DNA of 55,005 nucleotides, the filler included, from Sphacelaria rigidula (Eukaryota): NCBI GenBank assembly GCA_964200075.2. It is 6 parts of 6 records of this genome, joined end to end, with 100 filler letters (N's around TTAATTAATTAA, not from the genome) between each part and the next. Parts side by side here need not be neighbours in the genome. Positions count along the whole stretch, not along the records: positions 27,556 to 36,639 come from CAXNAA020009344.1; positions 36,740 to 45,822 come from CAXNAA020009345.1; positions 45,923 to 55,005 come from CAXNAA020009346.1; 3 more parts are not named here. One strand, 5' to 3'. Under the pieces are notes generated by a model. The model ran no database searches. It worked only from the letters and a program-made list of their open reading frames with translations, and was not told where the DNA came from. The position numbers and the translations under genes were made by a program. Shown here one piece after another: positions 34,504 to 48,460 of this stretch. Numbering within the stretch: the first letter of the stretch is position 1; each line of letters opens with the position of its first letter.

Positions 34504-36639
34504 GTCAGCGCTGACTGTTTAGCTCAGATGATATGCTGTACAAGGTTCCCCTTCGGAGGTTGGTACGGGCCTCCCGGGGGTGACGCAAGTCGATGATATA
34601 TAATATACTTCGTATGCCTTCTCAGTGCGCTGCAAAAGAAAGAGTGGGGGGAAATGCCTTGCTGGCAGAAAAACGTCGGCATAAGTGGTAAAAATGTAAA
34701 ATAAATTATACATGCACATAATATACATGGGTGAATAAAGGGAGAAAAAGCGCGCGAGTCATCGCTTTGTCCGCTTCGATCGAGCAGGTATATATTGCCC
34801 TCCGCGAAAGATAAACAGACGTGGACAAACAAAAACAACTGATGGGGGAGCCTCCAATTACATAGAACGATGTTTTCGTGAGATTGAGAATAATAGAGGA
34901 TACGATTCAGAGTGAAAAGCGGTCAATTAATGAATTCATCGTTTCAGTTCCGGAATAACCCTCCGCGAAGCCCGATATGCTTTCTGTGGTAGCATGCCAC
35001 TGAGGCCCTTGATATCCCTGATTAGGATATCGATGTGTAAATGTAAGCACACGCCAGTGATGGAGGCAAAGAAAAGCAGACACGGAATAAAAAAATGGGC
35101 AAGTGAGATCGAATGAGCAAAGCCACTCTTAATCAGCGCTCTACTCTCAATCTCACGTTGTTACAGGTCACGACTCCGAATGCACGCCTTTGGCCGCAGT
35201 TCACTTATTATATGGCATACCTGCATTTTCCATTGTTGTAAACTCATGAAATAAGTAATTCTATAAATAATTCAATAAATGATTAAATGAAGAATTGAAT
35301 AAATATTCACATATATACTTGAATAAATAAACGTGAAATATTAGTTCAGAAATAAATAAGGCAATCAATTGATTAATTGGTGTATCGGTTGGATGGTTGG
35401 TATAATGTTGGGGGTAGATTATTATTTTTTGGGAAACGGGAACACGATATCTAGACTACTGCAATATAAGCCCGCTGCATGGGAACGCAATGTAGTGTCT
35501 GTAGTATACAGCATGACGTATACACATAGGACCACACCCTGTATTGTGTACTAAGTAGATTGCACAGATGTATCGATCCCAGCTACTGTATTGTTTATGT
35601 GAGCGACAATGATGCTTGTTGAGTGCCCCAAGAAGCATCCGTGCACAACTGCTTCACAGTTGCACTGCCGTGTATATGGTTACCGAAGCAGCGGGCTAAC
35701 TCACAGGTATTAACCTGTGAAGTACCGGCGCAGAGATGTTCCTGTGAAGTCAGTGTTGCGCCAAAAGGAAAAACATATATTTTTCTGAACAAAATATGGC
35801 CGTTTTCCCCTCTAGTGCGCACTGCTGCAGCGCACAGCACCAGGTATAGCGACTTGGAACTGCTGACTGTGGTTTGCACAGCCTATGAGCGATGTTTTAG
35901 CGCCTCGCAGCGGCTGCAGCGCGCTTACGGCCGTCGTGTGCCATAAACTGCGCAGCTCTACAGACTGTATGTCGTACCATGGAGCCCGAAGGAACCCGTA
36001 CCGAGCAATACCATTCACACCACCGAACGCGCGACACAATGACGTTCTCAATGTGCAACTTGTGCCGACAATCCAGCCTTGAACATAGCTTTTCAGTTAT
36101 GCTGCATGTTGGGCCGTAGGCCCTTCCTCTGGCACACCTCGCTCGTGTGCCGTGGGCCGTAGGTCCTCCCTCTGGGGCACCTCGCTCGTATGGACTACAC
36201 CTACTTTGCGGATGATTGCAGCTGACAATTTATACGATCACTCTTGTATGCGAGAACCCGCACACATTTGACTTTTTTTCTCTTGGCACGGCACTGGTAG
36301 ACCTTGTTGGAAATTTACACAGCCAGCAATCTAGCTGTATATCTTTTGCGTGTGAGTTTTTACTCTGTAGCAGATTAGCGGGTCAGTACGTGTCGGTTCA
36401 ACTAGGAGCCACCCAATATTTACCAAAGGTTCAAGTACTGTCAGATTTGCCACGTAAGCTTGTAGAACAAGGCAGTGTGCTGCCAGCTTGAGTAAGAATC
36501 CAGCCTGTGAGGTGGCAACCCAACACGTCAGAGTCAAGGACGCGTTTTAGTCTACGTACGTGTAGAGCTTTGTTTTTTGTTCCAAGGATTGAGCAATTGC
36601 AGTCGGTGGTCCTCACCACCCTCTACAGTCACTCTCCTT

Positions 36640-36739
36640 NNNNNNNNNNNNNNNNNNNNNNNNNNNNNNNNNNNNNNNNNNNNTTAATTAATTAANNNNN
36701 NNNNNNNNNNNNNNNNNNNNNNNNNNNNNNNNNNNNNNN
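36640..36739. other. Artificial contig linker
   Basis: N44-TTAATTAATTAA-N44. Confidence 0.98.
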
Positions 36740-38460
36740 CGACTCATCATACTAAAACCAAGTAATTTCCAGACGAATCATCATTTGTCCGACCCTTGAA
36801 AGCGTTTCTACTTCGTGACTGGTCCATTGTGATGAGCATGACAGTTATGGCTCTCCTTCCACTCTAACCCTAAATATTATACTGTACAGCGATACCGTAC
36901 AGAGAGTCAGTTGTACAAACAACTTTAGAACAGACGGTACGGTACGCAGCACTTTCAAACGGCAGACCTCGGCCGCATTACGATGATTTCTCCACATGCC
37001 ACCCATCACGGTGGTGCAAGACATCATGATCTCTCACGGGATGGGAATACAGCCAGGTGTAGTACTGCTTGCGCGCTGTAGACTACGAACCGTTCCCACC
37101 GTCCTCTTCCAGCTGAGGCTGGCAAGAGTGACGAACGGCACCCAAGTCAACGTGTGCCCGTCGAGCATTGGAATATTCACGCAACACAAGCAAGCGAGTG
37201 CTGATACCATGGCGGCGTCAGGGAGGTCTTCTGATTGTAATGCCAAGCTTTCCTACTTTGTGAATGGCCCGTTGTGATGAGTATGTCACTTTTGAAGGAT
37301 GATGAATATCCCACTTTGCTTGTTAGGGTGTGTTGACTTTGGACTGGACGTGATAACGGCGGTGAAGGTGGGCGTGGTCCTTCTTCATTCAGTATTGCGC
37401 CGATAGAAGAAATATATATATATCGGAACAGAATCTGACCTTTCCTGTCGCTGGTACAAGCTACTGCATGGCTCTACGACAGGTTCAGCGACATAAGGTA
37501 GTTTGCTGTGGTTATGATGACATGTGGGCGAAGTTTCAGCGACTCGCGGCACCCACAGCGCGCGTGCTGCCGTGTTTCCCGAATTGAGGACCTCTACAGA
37601 CAATACGCACCGACTTTTCGCATTGATTGTCATCATCCAGCGGGTGTTCCACTTCAGATCAACATTCATTTCTTAGCGCAGCGGCGCCCCACGTGCAGAT
37701 GACGTCAAAATAAGTGTACGAGTAACTTCGCATATGTGTTTGCTGACGGTGCACGCATTTCTGGGCAGCGGGCGGTCTACCAGAGTGCGTTTTACCTGAT
37801 TTCCCGAATTTTGGAATTAGGGTCCTTCTTGATGTATCCCCCACGGCAAGCGTCGGCGGCGAGGGAATATGCTGCTTGTGATGTGCCCGACTGGTGCTCC
37901 AAGTTTAACTTACTCACATGTAGTCCATGTCAAGAAACCCACTTTCAAACATGCGGGCAAAATGGGGGAAAAGACACTGGTCTATCGTGGCACGATACAT
38001 GAGGTGGGGTTGCGCCGCATATCCCACGTACAGGAACGTCTTTGCGGCATGAGTACTTTCCTCGGCAACACGGCACAGCTCGAGAGAGTTGCGCAAGAGA
38101 ACATGACAGCGTGGCTGTAAAGGCTCTGCACCTCGCTCCTTGACGCGGTACGGGTGTAGCGGTATCCGCAGAATCGTTTGGTGTAACCCGAGGTGTCGTG
38201 CAGGTGAAAATCTGGAGCAACATGGAGCGTGGGCGTGTCGCGGGACATTTTCTCGCTAGACACGAGGTCCACGACTGCACGTCTTTGCTTCACGAGCTGG
38301 ACCAGCAGTAAATCCCGCATTTGCGTGTCAGACCATAAGTGATCAAATGTACTACATCACCTCGACTTGAGTATATCAGCGTGACCTGAGGACCAACGTG
38401 GTAAAGTACTGCATAATGTAAATGTATTACCTAGCCGGCGGAACAACTAAAAAAAGGAAT

Positions 38461-38520
38461 CCGTCGGGACTCGAACTCGTGACCTCCATAACTGCAGTCA
38501 AGTACCTTCCTTGGATGAAA
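38461..38520 (-). pseudogene. tRNA-Cys-like relic / SINE head
   Basis: TTGACTGCAGTTATGGAGGTCACGAGTTCGAGTCCC resembles the tRNA-Cys(GCA) anticodon-to-T-arm segment; the D-arm and acceptor stem are not intact. Confidence 0.5.
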
Positions 38521-39980
38521 GAAGCGCAGCCGTGCCAGACAAAAATTTGGATACCGCGCTAAATTTCTGGAATTTGTGGGCATAATTGAACGAGAACATC
38601 TTGGCACAAGGACGCACAAGTACACGGGGGATTCCCCCGTATTTCTTTATTTTCACTGAGTGATGACATTTTTCCAGTCTTAGCAGAAACTTCGAATCGC
38701 TCTCCCGCTAACTCCCTGCTTTTTTTTTCCTTGGCATTCCCGGGAAGGTTGTGCGTGGTGATGACAAAAGTGATATGTTGAAATTTCAGCTCCCCACGGT
38801 TCGGATTACCCACCGCCCAGCCCGCATACATTCGCAAATAACCGTCACCTGGCCCAGGTCGGACATGTTTCGCGAGGTAGCCGGTGCTTATGGCTCCCCC
38901 ATTTGATCCGGGCCTTTGATTGTAATATGAAAGCGCCCCGAAGGATCAGAAAAGGAAATTGTATGTCAGGATATGTTACGAGGCATCATTGCTGGCCCCG
39001 GTGTAGCCAACGCCCGCCGCCAGGTGCTGCGGTCTCCCATACAATACAACTTATTTCCGAAGAAGACTTACACGAATGCTGCAACTCATGTCTGGGAGAC
39101 ATATGTGAGCAAGATCATCCCCCCCCTACAATAGTAAGGCGCACAGATACTTGCGAACATGTTCTTCACTGGCATATACGCCGAATCGGGGGAATTTTTT
39201 CGGCATGCTACGCCGCACACCCTCATGTGTGGCAAACATTCCAGTCCGGTCCTGTGCCGGACCATGGAGGCGCGGTCCGATCATGCCCGTGGTGGTTGGA
39301 AAGGGGATTTGCCGTTGAAATACGTGCATTATTTCCCCCCCTCGAACGCACCATGAATGATTACGATATACCCTAAAGGGTACTTCAGAAGTCTACCCTA
39401 TGTGCTACCTTCTCCGTCGCCAGTAAGGACCTGAATCTCAAACATATCTTGACATAGCGCTCAAACCGTAGCCATGACAATAACAACTGCGAGGTGCATT
39501 CTAAGAGGCTGCGCCAGAACGGATTCCGCTCGGGCGTCGACCGATAGCGGGCTATGACGTGCGCCTGCACCCGCATAATCGCACGGCAATGGACACCCAG
39601 TAGACCCTTTGTCGCCGACTCCGTCATAATAGCCGCAAAAACCTACATCCACTACCCTAACCGTCGCTTCAAAAAGGGGTGACGAATTCGCTCAGTATAG
39701 TGAGGAACGAACACCGTACCCAGCCTGGCGCCATGCCGACCTTCTGTAGGTCATCCGCGACACCCCTCAGCGCCCATCCTTGCGGTTACTTGACATGAAA
39801 GGCTCCACTGACGGCAAGCACGGGACAGTGCAGTCGAAGGATAGAACGAGTGTTGTCTCGTGCTTAAATCTTACATCAGGGGTGTTAGAGAAGAGGAGGG
39901 TACGAAGATGGTCGGTGTCTCCATCGATGCAATGGCGAATCGAAGATGGAGTTCCCCGGCAACGTAATAAGACAGGCAAA

Positions 39981-40461
39981 GTTTTGAGTAGAGTATTAGG
40001 GTCATACTCAAGTGATATTCTATACTCAAGTGTCACGGAGAGCGCTGACCTAATATTTGAGAAGAGTATTTGAGGTCGTCCTCGACCTGCTCAAAATCTG
40101 AGTAGAGCATTTGAGGTCGTACTCAACGTACTCGGAATCTGAGTAGAGTATTCGAGGCTGTACTCGGCCTACTCGAAATTTGAGTAGAGTATCGGAGGCC
40201 GTACTCGATTTACTCAAACTTTTAGAAGAGTATCCGAGGCCGGATCCGATGTACCGAAAACCTATTATTTCAACTTCAATATTCAATTTCGTACGCAAGA
40301 TACCCAAAGCCGGGTTGAGGAAATACCGAGGGGTTCCTAGAGTTGCCTACCCATGATGAGTGTTGATTCAAGGTAAAACTGTCTTGTCAAACCGTCGCCA
40401 GTAGAGTCGCTCATTCTAATCACACCTACTCGATTACTCCATTACTCGATGATGATGAGTA
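39981..40461. mobile_element. Second, truncated copy of the satellite-bearing transposon
   Basis: Same 41-bp units plus unique internal segments matching 23640-23740 and 24862-24930. Confidence 0.85.
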
Positions 40462-43400
40462 AGAACAATTATTCGGCGGGATGCAAATTTATGGAACCCC
40501 GTTGTAGACCACATCTTCCATCTGTATACCGGTGGAAGCACGGCAAAATGCAAATGGCACAAAAATACATGTTGTAACCCCTTCGACGACAAAAGCGATC
40601 TTGTATTTGGAATATCGTAACCGATCTTCAATTTCCGGACAGAGGGAGTGTATGGTAGTGGCCCGGTAGTGGCCCTCGGAACTGTTCCTCCTGTGATTTC
40701 TACGTGGTTGGCGGCCTTCTGAGAATGCATCGTCTGAAGATAGTGGTATCCGCTTTCCATTCCAATAAAAAAACTTCCATGTGTACTGAATACTCGGTGA
40801 CTTGCGGGGTGGCCAAGGACGGGGGGGGCTTGCCGCCTTTCAGCCGAGATTTTGACCGTGCGGTATTTTCGGTTGATCGAGCCTGTGCCTGTCCTGATCG
40901 TATTTGTGAAGCTACGTGTGAGGCAATGAAGGGGTGTGTATTTTCAATTTGTACGCACCTTTCGCACCACAGCCGAACAGCTGTGTTATAACGGTGAGTA
41001 ACCCCGTCCGAATCAACGGGGTTTCTCCTTCTGTCGCCCGATTACACCGTACAACACTAACACCATTTTTTCGTAAGATTGGGCGCAGAGCGTCCGTTGA
41101 GAGTGGGTTCGATCATTCACTTTAACTTCACCAAATTCTCAATCCGTGCGTGAGTTTCTTCGCCCGTAACGCTGGCGTGTCCTTACAGCTACACGTCGAT
41201 ATCGTAATCAAGGAGGACAAGGATATCAACGGCCTCAGTGGGCGGAAACTGCACGTAGCATATCGGGCGTATAGAGGGACATTTCGTAACGGGGGTTGTC
41301 CATTCAGTAATTTACGGCTTTTTTTTCTCAATCGTATCCTCCACTGTTCATGTCACGGAAACGCTCTTTATCTCGTGCGCTTAGTTTCAACAACGGTCTG
41401 TTTCATGTATCAACATCTACCGACGCTAGCACTTTGAAGTTGTATCGAAGAGTAACAGGCTAGAAACGCCCCAAAACAGCCCTCAACACTTCACGCACCC
41501 ACTACTGCGTAGCTATCTACGTATTGCGTGAGACACCCTGATGTTCGACGGAATACAGGAGCTACTACCGTACACCCCCGTACCAACACAATCTCGAATG
41601 CAGCGGCAGACCATGAAAGGTATGTTGTGCATTATCTTCGGGTGACCACTGCCCTCCCCGGCGACGTTCCTCGCAGGGCGTCTTCATGTTGACAGACCTG
41701 GAGGTAAATTGCGAACGCTAGCGGGTGAGGACTGGTGCCATGAACCTTCCAACAGACAGGAGTACCCTATTACGGAACCCAACCATATAGTACAGTACAG
41801 GAAAGTTATGTGATAGACAGCAAAATACATTGCAGTACAGGATAGAAGTGCACATGGTGATACCGAACACTACATGAAAGTGGACCCTGCACAGCACTTC
41901 CCAGTACACTGCAGCGAAGTAGAAAGCAGTCAAGTGCCTTACAGCATAACAGAGGGCGGCGCCGTAGCGGGCGGTTCGCGATCGCTTTCAGTAAGTAACA
42001 CCGGAGTGGAGTACAGTCGAGTACTGCACCCAACACTGTCGGGCAGCACGCGACGGCGTGTTCTCCGGTATCACCGCACACTACCCCGCATGTGATGGCG
42101 GGCCACCCTAATCATGCGGGGCAGCACATTACGATGCAGTGGAGTGCAGGAAACGACGGCACGCGCCTCCACAAGACTACGTGTTGTGTACTGTGCTTTC
42201 GCCAGACAGTGCACCGCACCGGGACGTGCTGTTCGTTTTACAGTACATGACACTCGAGTATAGACACAACAGCCCAGCCCAGCGCGCAACAGTGACCAGT
42301 GTGTCGACATCCTGTCAAATACCCCCATTTGACCGCATAAAACGCGTGTGGGGTTTGCGGTACAATACTGTAACATTTGAGAACAGTCCACACCATGACA
42401 ACGGGGCGGTGACATGGATCATCAGCTTTTATACTGAAATTTATATGCAGTTTGCTGTCCTTGCCTACCACTAGACATGCTTGCAGTCAATTGCCTCTTG
42501 CGGGCTGCATCCTCCACGAATCGATACGGTTTTTTTGAAGATGAATTCTATGCGTCATGGACTACCCCATGCACACCGTTTGGCCTTCGAACCCCTGGCG
42601 TGGCCGTCACCACTCTGAGGACCACCACACGACATTCCGGCCACGAGGAACCCATACAGAGCAACTCCGTGCAGACTGACCGACTCCCTAACTAATCACC
42701 TTCTCACCGGAAAACTGGCAGCGACACTCCCCCTTGAACAAAGCTTCCCGCCAGTGCCGCCTGTTGGACATGTGCTCCTTCGTGTAGAGCTACCCACCCG
42801 TGCGAGCTGCGGGTGCTTTGCAGCTGGTGCTAGCTCATTTCGTGTACAATGATTCTTGTATGCGGACGGTTTGTATTACTTTGTTTTTTTCTCTATCGGC
42901 GCAACACTGCATTCCGCTATAAGCTCTGAAGAGGAACAACGATTTTCAGAGTGCAGTGGTGCAAACGGCCCCCTAACTCTGAAAAAATCGCTCTGAAAAA
43001 ACCTTTATAGCAGAGAACGCACCGTTACCGGCTATTTTCCCTTCCACTCTGACTCTAAGATTTGAAAAAACGTTTTCCAAAACTCTCTACTGCCTTTTCG
43101 GTCCTCCTCTGCCGTTTAATGCCCTAACAGACGGCGAGGCCGATTATAGATACGTCAGAATGATTTGCTCTACTTTATGAGACAGTTTCAGGACACCTTC
43201 GCGGTTTCGTGTGGCCCAGGTATTGTTTTCGGTCAAACTCTCGCGTTTTTGTCCAGGAGCGGTCAAGAACGGTAAAATCTAGAGAAAACTGTTGTTTTCT
43301 TCTGTGGACTCAACCGTCCTCGGACAAGAGTGGAAGGTTGGCCACAAAGAAACCTCGGCCACAGGAAATCGCAAAGGTGTCCTAGAACCGTCTCAACCAG

Positions 43401-44640
43401 TAGAGCAAGTCATTCCAAGGTGTAAAAATCCGCGAAACCCTGTTTCAGCGGGTAAAACGACGAAGGACCAGTGAGGCACTTTTGCAAATTTGTATCATGA
43501 GTGGAAATCCGACGACACCCAAAACTCACGTCACCGAAATGCCAACGTTTTGGGAAAAACTCGACCCCATAGTAACCGCTTTTCCCCCGCTAGTTTCCTG
43601 AGCTGACGGCGTTTACTGCGATTTGAAGCATGTGGAAATCGGGTAGAAACTGGGTTGGGAACCTGTATGTGTAATTTCTCAACAATTTTGAGGCCGCGGT
43701 CGAGTTACTTGTTCGCCCACAGCGCCACCGCCTCTGGGCGAGTTTGAATCACTCAACGCTGGCGCTGTCTTTGTTCGTACCGACCAGCAGGACCGGTTTG
43801 ACTTTTTTTCGTGTTGGCGTGGGTGACACGACCCACAGCCGACTTGAGTCTTGTAACGTGATCGCAGGTCATTCCATTTGACATCGACGTGCTCAGACCC
43901 TAGTACTTGATGTTGCCCAAGGGTCATCTTGTCCGATCGGACGTCCAGGAAGACTTTCGTCAAGCCATATGCTTGCCGAGACGACCCTGGGCCCACTCGT
44001 AGAGGGGAAGGGTATCTCGTGATATTTTGGCTGTTGTCCTCGTCGTTGCACCATTCGTAGCCTTTCAGAATGACGTGAGCTGAAGCAGAGAAAGTCTGGC
44101 CTGTTCAAATCGTCGGAGTTTTGTCGCGGTTAGCGCGTCCAGCCGCCTGTACAATGCACTGCAATTGCCGGCTTGTAGATACCGTAGGCACGAGATTACA
44201 ATTCCGGAAAGCTATCATACTGCCTTCCTGTGTCTTCCCGTGACTGGAGTGTCCCCACTCTGGTCCTCGTGAAGCACCATCCCGGCCGATGTTTCCATGA
44301 AGGAAAGTCTGTCAGCACAAGTGGACTATGTTAATATAATACCTTAATGACTACCCTAAAATAAGGGGAGCAGAAAACGCAGAAAGTGTGCAAATGATAG
44401 TCCTTGACAACAGCGACTGACTTCCGTATTGTTTTTCTCGGGTGCCTCCGTGTTGCGATCACGGCTACGAGCTGGGCCAGCTGACAGTGGTTCTCGTCGG
44501 TGATTGGGTGACGAGTTGCTCAATTTGAGGAGTTGGGCGCTTAAATTTTGACCCGACATTAAATCATTAACCCGCACAACATTTCTGGGAATGCTACAGG
44601 CCGGTTCACGCTCATCACCCAAAAAACATTCATCGGCGAA

Positions 44641-45620
44641 ACCTCACGCCGTTTTAAGGAGTTAGACCCTGAAATTTTGCACAAATGTTATATGGGTAAT
44701 TACGCAACTTTCGATGATCGAGTTTTTTTTTTTCACTTCTCGACTTTTTTCACCGTTTTTCGGGAGTCCCAATTTTTGGGGGGAAACCTCGACCCAATCG
44801 GACCCCCGTAAAACGGTAACAAAGAAGAAAATAGAAGAAGACCTCGTCCATCCAAAGTTGCGTAATGTCCCAAAGCACAGTTGTGCAAAATTTCAGGGTC
44901 TAACTCCTTAAAAGGGCGTGAGGTTTTTGGCCTTTGTGCGATGAAGTTTGCCGTACCGCGGTGAAACCGCGAAGTACTTGATTTTATCACCAAAACGGCG
45001 ATTTTGGGCCTTCTTTGACGTGAACATGGTAATTCAAGCATCAGTTGATCGAGTTTTGCGACGAAAAATTGTGGGGCCCATTCTTGGGACATGCGAGGAC
45101 AGTTAGTTTGCGAAAATAAATATGTCGTAGTGCCGTTTTTCTGGGGTCCTAAAATGGAGACTATTTCGGAAATAGGGTAGGCGCCATCGCTTGGCGTGGT
45201 GACCCCCGTAGAACGGTAAAAAAAACAAGATGAAAAAAAATCGTCTATTCAAAGTTGCGAAATGTCCCAAAGCACAGTTGTGCACAGGGTCTAACTCATT
45301 AAAACGGCGTGAGGTTTTTGGCTTTTGTACGATGAAGTTTGCCGTGCCGGGGTGAAACCGCAAAGTACTTGATTTTAGTACCAGAACGGCGTTTTTTTTG
45401 TCTTTTTTGACGTGAACATGGAAATTCAAGCATCAATTGATCGATCTTTGCAACGAAAATTTGTGAAGCCCGTCCTTGGGTTATGCAAAAACAGGTAGTT
45501 TGCAAAAAATTAAGAAAACATCGTAGTGCCGTTTTTCTGTGGTCCTAAAATGGAGACTATTTCGAAAATCGGGTAGGCACCGTCGCTTGGCGTGGTGACC
45601 CCCGTAGGACGGTAAAAAAA
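44641..45620. repeat. Composite inverted plus ~397-bp direct repeat (TE subterminal)
   Basis: 44641-44715 is the reverse complement of ~44850-44924; 44853-45230 is repeated at 45250-45620. Confidence 0.85.
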
Positions 45621-45822
45621 ACAAGAGCAATGGCCTAGAAAATGTATACCTTCTCGTTTTTTGCCCAAGAAAGGTACGAAAAATGGCCAGATACGCAAAA
45701 ACAGCCAAACAAGCTGTTTTGACCGTTTTTGCTCAGAATGTTTCACGCATATCATTCGGGGGAGGGGGGGGCATTGGCACCCGGGCCTCGAAACAAAACT
45801 GAAAAAAAACACATGTTACTCG

Positions 45823-45922
45823 NNNNNNNNNNNNNNNNNNNNNNNNNNNNNNNNNNNNNNNNNNNNTTAATTAATTAANNNNNNNNNNNNNNNNNNNNNN
45901 NNNNNNNNNNNNNNNNNNNNNN
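45823..45922. other. Artificial contig linker
   Basis: N44-TTAATTAATTAA-N44. Confidence 0.98.
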
Positions 45923-46409
45923 CTCGAAAGGGATGCGTGGTCAATGGTCAAACGACTAAGGCAAGCAACAAATGAGTACGCCCCCCCTCCCGTCTGATGA
46001 CTATGGCATGCATGATCATGAGTACACCCCTCCCCCCCTCCCGGAGGGCATGTATTCGAAAATTGTCATGATTTTTTCAATTTTGTTTTGTGGAGTTTGC
46101 CACACAAAGAATTGATCACTAAAAACTGTTTTGATTATTTCTGTTAATTTTGTTACAAGAAATTTATCACTGAACGCTGACAATAACCGAAAAGTCTGAT
46201 GGGCTTTATAGGGTTCGTATATCTGCTTCTGCTCCTTGCCCGTTCTGTCCCGATGACCTCAGGTGCCGAAAGGCGTTTTTTCGACAATCAAAATTATCCT
46301 GATTTTTGTTTTCCTGTTAACTTCGTTGCAAAAAATTGATCAATGAACATTGCCAAATCCGAAACGTTTGGTGGGCTTTGCGGGGTGTATGTTTGCTTCT
46401 GCTCCTTTA

Positions 46410-46850
46410 CATATTTATATGTAATATGTAATATAAGGATTGTATATATTTTAGCACATATATTTTCATATATAAATATATAGTATATATATTGCCCCTT
46501 GATGAATATTTATATATATAAATATATAACATATAGATATATTGTATACAATATAAACAACATAGTATATACTAAGGAGAAGAATATGAATAATATAGAC
46601 CAATAATTATACACCTATTTATATTAAATATAATATATAAAAAATAATATACAAAAATTGAAATATGAAATATGATATATAGACCCATGTCATATGATAT
46701 AATATATGAAATATTATACACGGTATGTAATATATGAAATGTAAATGTGAAACATAATATGTGAGATAGAATATATAAAATATTGTATGTGAAAAATATA
46801 TATGAAATATAATGTAAAATACATAATATATCATATACACAATATAAAGA
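46410..46850. repeat. AT-rich low-complexity tract (decayed TA microsatellite)
   Basis: Overwhelmingly A/T with ATAT/ATAAT runs. Confidence 0.9.
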
Positions 46851-47061
46851 GATCTCTACTGTCTACGGCAGCTGACCGCATCCGCCAACGCTTCGGCGAA
46901 AAACCAGGGGACACACGGCTTGGTCCCCCCCCCCCCCCTTACCCCCCCTACCCCCTCAAAAACTCGAATTTTCGATCTTGGGGCCTACGTGTCCCGATTT
47001 TATTTTTCGACTGCCCCTTGTCGGCACCAAAAGTTTTAATTATTTGTTTTCATTAGTTAAG

Positions 47062-48460
47062 GGCATTTTACTGATACTTGAAAACTGATTATTGCCCTTA
47101 ACTCATGAAGAAAAAAAAAAGGGTGCCGATGTAATTATTTTTCCATGCCCTATGCATTGTCCATACTAAATTTCAAGGTCCAACCCTAAATATTGGCGGG
47201 AGCATGGGCCTTTAAAAAGCTGGGTCGGAAAAAATTCCGAACAGTATTTCGCAGGCCACTCACTGGCCTATGTTTGATTTTCGTGTATTGCAATTTTGGT
47301 TGGGCGTTCACCTCATAATTAAGAGAACAAAGTGGGTCAGGTCGCTTTTTTTTCATTTTTCTTTACTGGTTTAGGGCGTTCTACTATGGTAAAGACCATT
47401 TTTTCACGAGAGCGCCTTAACCTCAACAAAAAAAAAATCAAGGCCCCTTCTTATTATTTTCGGCCCTCTTTTGTGGTTCTCCACACCAAAATTCGTCGCC
47501 ATCCGCTAAAAGCATTGATCGGGAGTTTCATGGAGACTTTAGCATTGGCGCTATCCCCCTTGGGTGTAGGAATTACGAGGCATGGGGTTTAACCAACGAG
47601 AAAATATGGGCCCAAACGTTTGAGCAGACGGGCACTTTGCCCTTGATTGGACGATTGATACGATATGCGGATCACGGCCCAACTCGTCTGTGTCGATGAG
47701 ATACTACATTGCTTTTAGAGCTCAAATCCGTTCTTAGGCTGGCCCAGCTCGTACAGCAGCAGTGTCGGCGGTTGGGCTCGGGATTGAGTCTGTCATATAT
47801 CCCGCAACGTTTGCGGTTGACCATCTTACGATATCCTCCGACCTACTCGAGCACGCCACTCAGGCCGCTTCTTACGAGCTCGGCCAGCCTAGAGGTGGAT
47901 TTGAAGTTTGCAGGCCCATGCTCCCGCCAATATCTAGCGTTGGACCCTGAAATTTGGTATTTACAATGAAAAAGGCATGGGAAAAAAATGACCTCGGTAC
48001 CAAAAGTTGTTTTTTCATGAGTTGAAGGCATTTTCCTGATGCGTATAAACTGATTATTGCTCTGGACTCTTAGAAAAAACTATTTTGGTACCAAGGTAAT
48101 TTTGTTTCATGCCCCATTCGTTGTGCACACCAAATTTCAGGATCCAACTCTAAATATTGGTGGGAGCATGGGCCTTGAGAAAACAGGGTCGGTCGAAATT
48201 CGGAACAGTATTCCGAAGGCCACTCACCGGCCGACGTTTGGTTTTCGTTTATTGAAACGTTGCATGGGCGTTCTCCAAGGCAAAATCAAGAGAACAAAGC
48301 AGGTCAGTTCTTCAAATATTTTTTCACAGGTTTAGGGCGTTCTACTATGGTGAAGACCATTTGTTCACGAGAACAACCTAACCTCTACGAGAAAAAGTTG
48401 AAAAATGAGGACCCACTCGTTTTTTTGTTCGCAACACTTTTGTGGTTCTCCGTGCCAAGT
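47062..48460. repeat. ~400-bp direct repeat pair with an inverted partial third copy
   Basis: 47062-47480 resembles 48027-48460; 47912-48025 is the reverse complement of their 5' part. Confidence 0.8.

Noticed and set aside
37914-38320. Protein-like overlapping ORFs, possible Ulp1 or viral relic
   Set aside because: No diagnostic motif could be identified by eye.
39461-39700. RVVDVGFCGYY resembling an OTU protease catalytic motif
   Set aside because: The DG.C context is incomplete, stops surround it, and no His box was found.
46853-46870. TCTCTACT Helitron-like 5' end
   Set aside because: No matching hairpin-plus-CTRR 3' end was identified.
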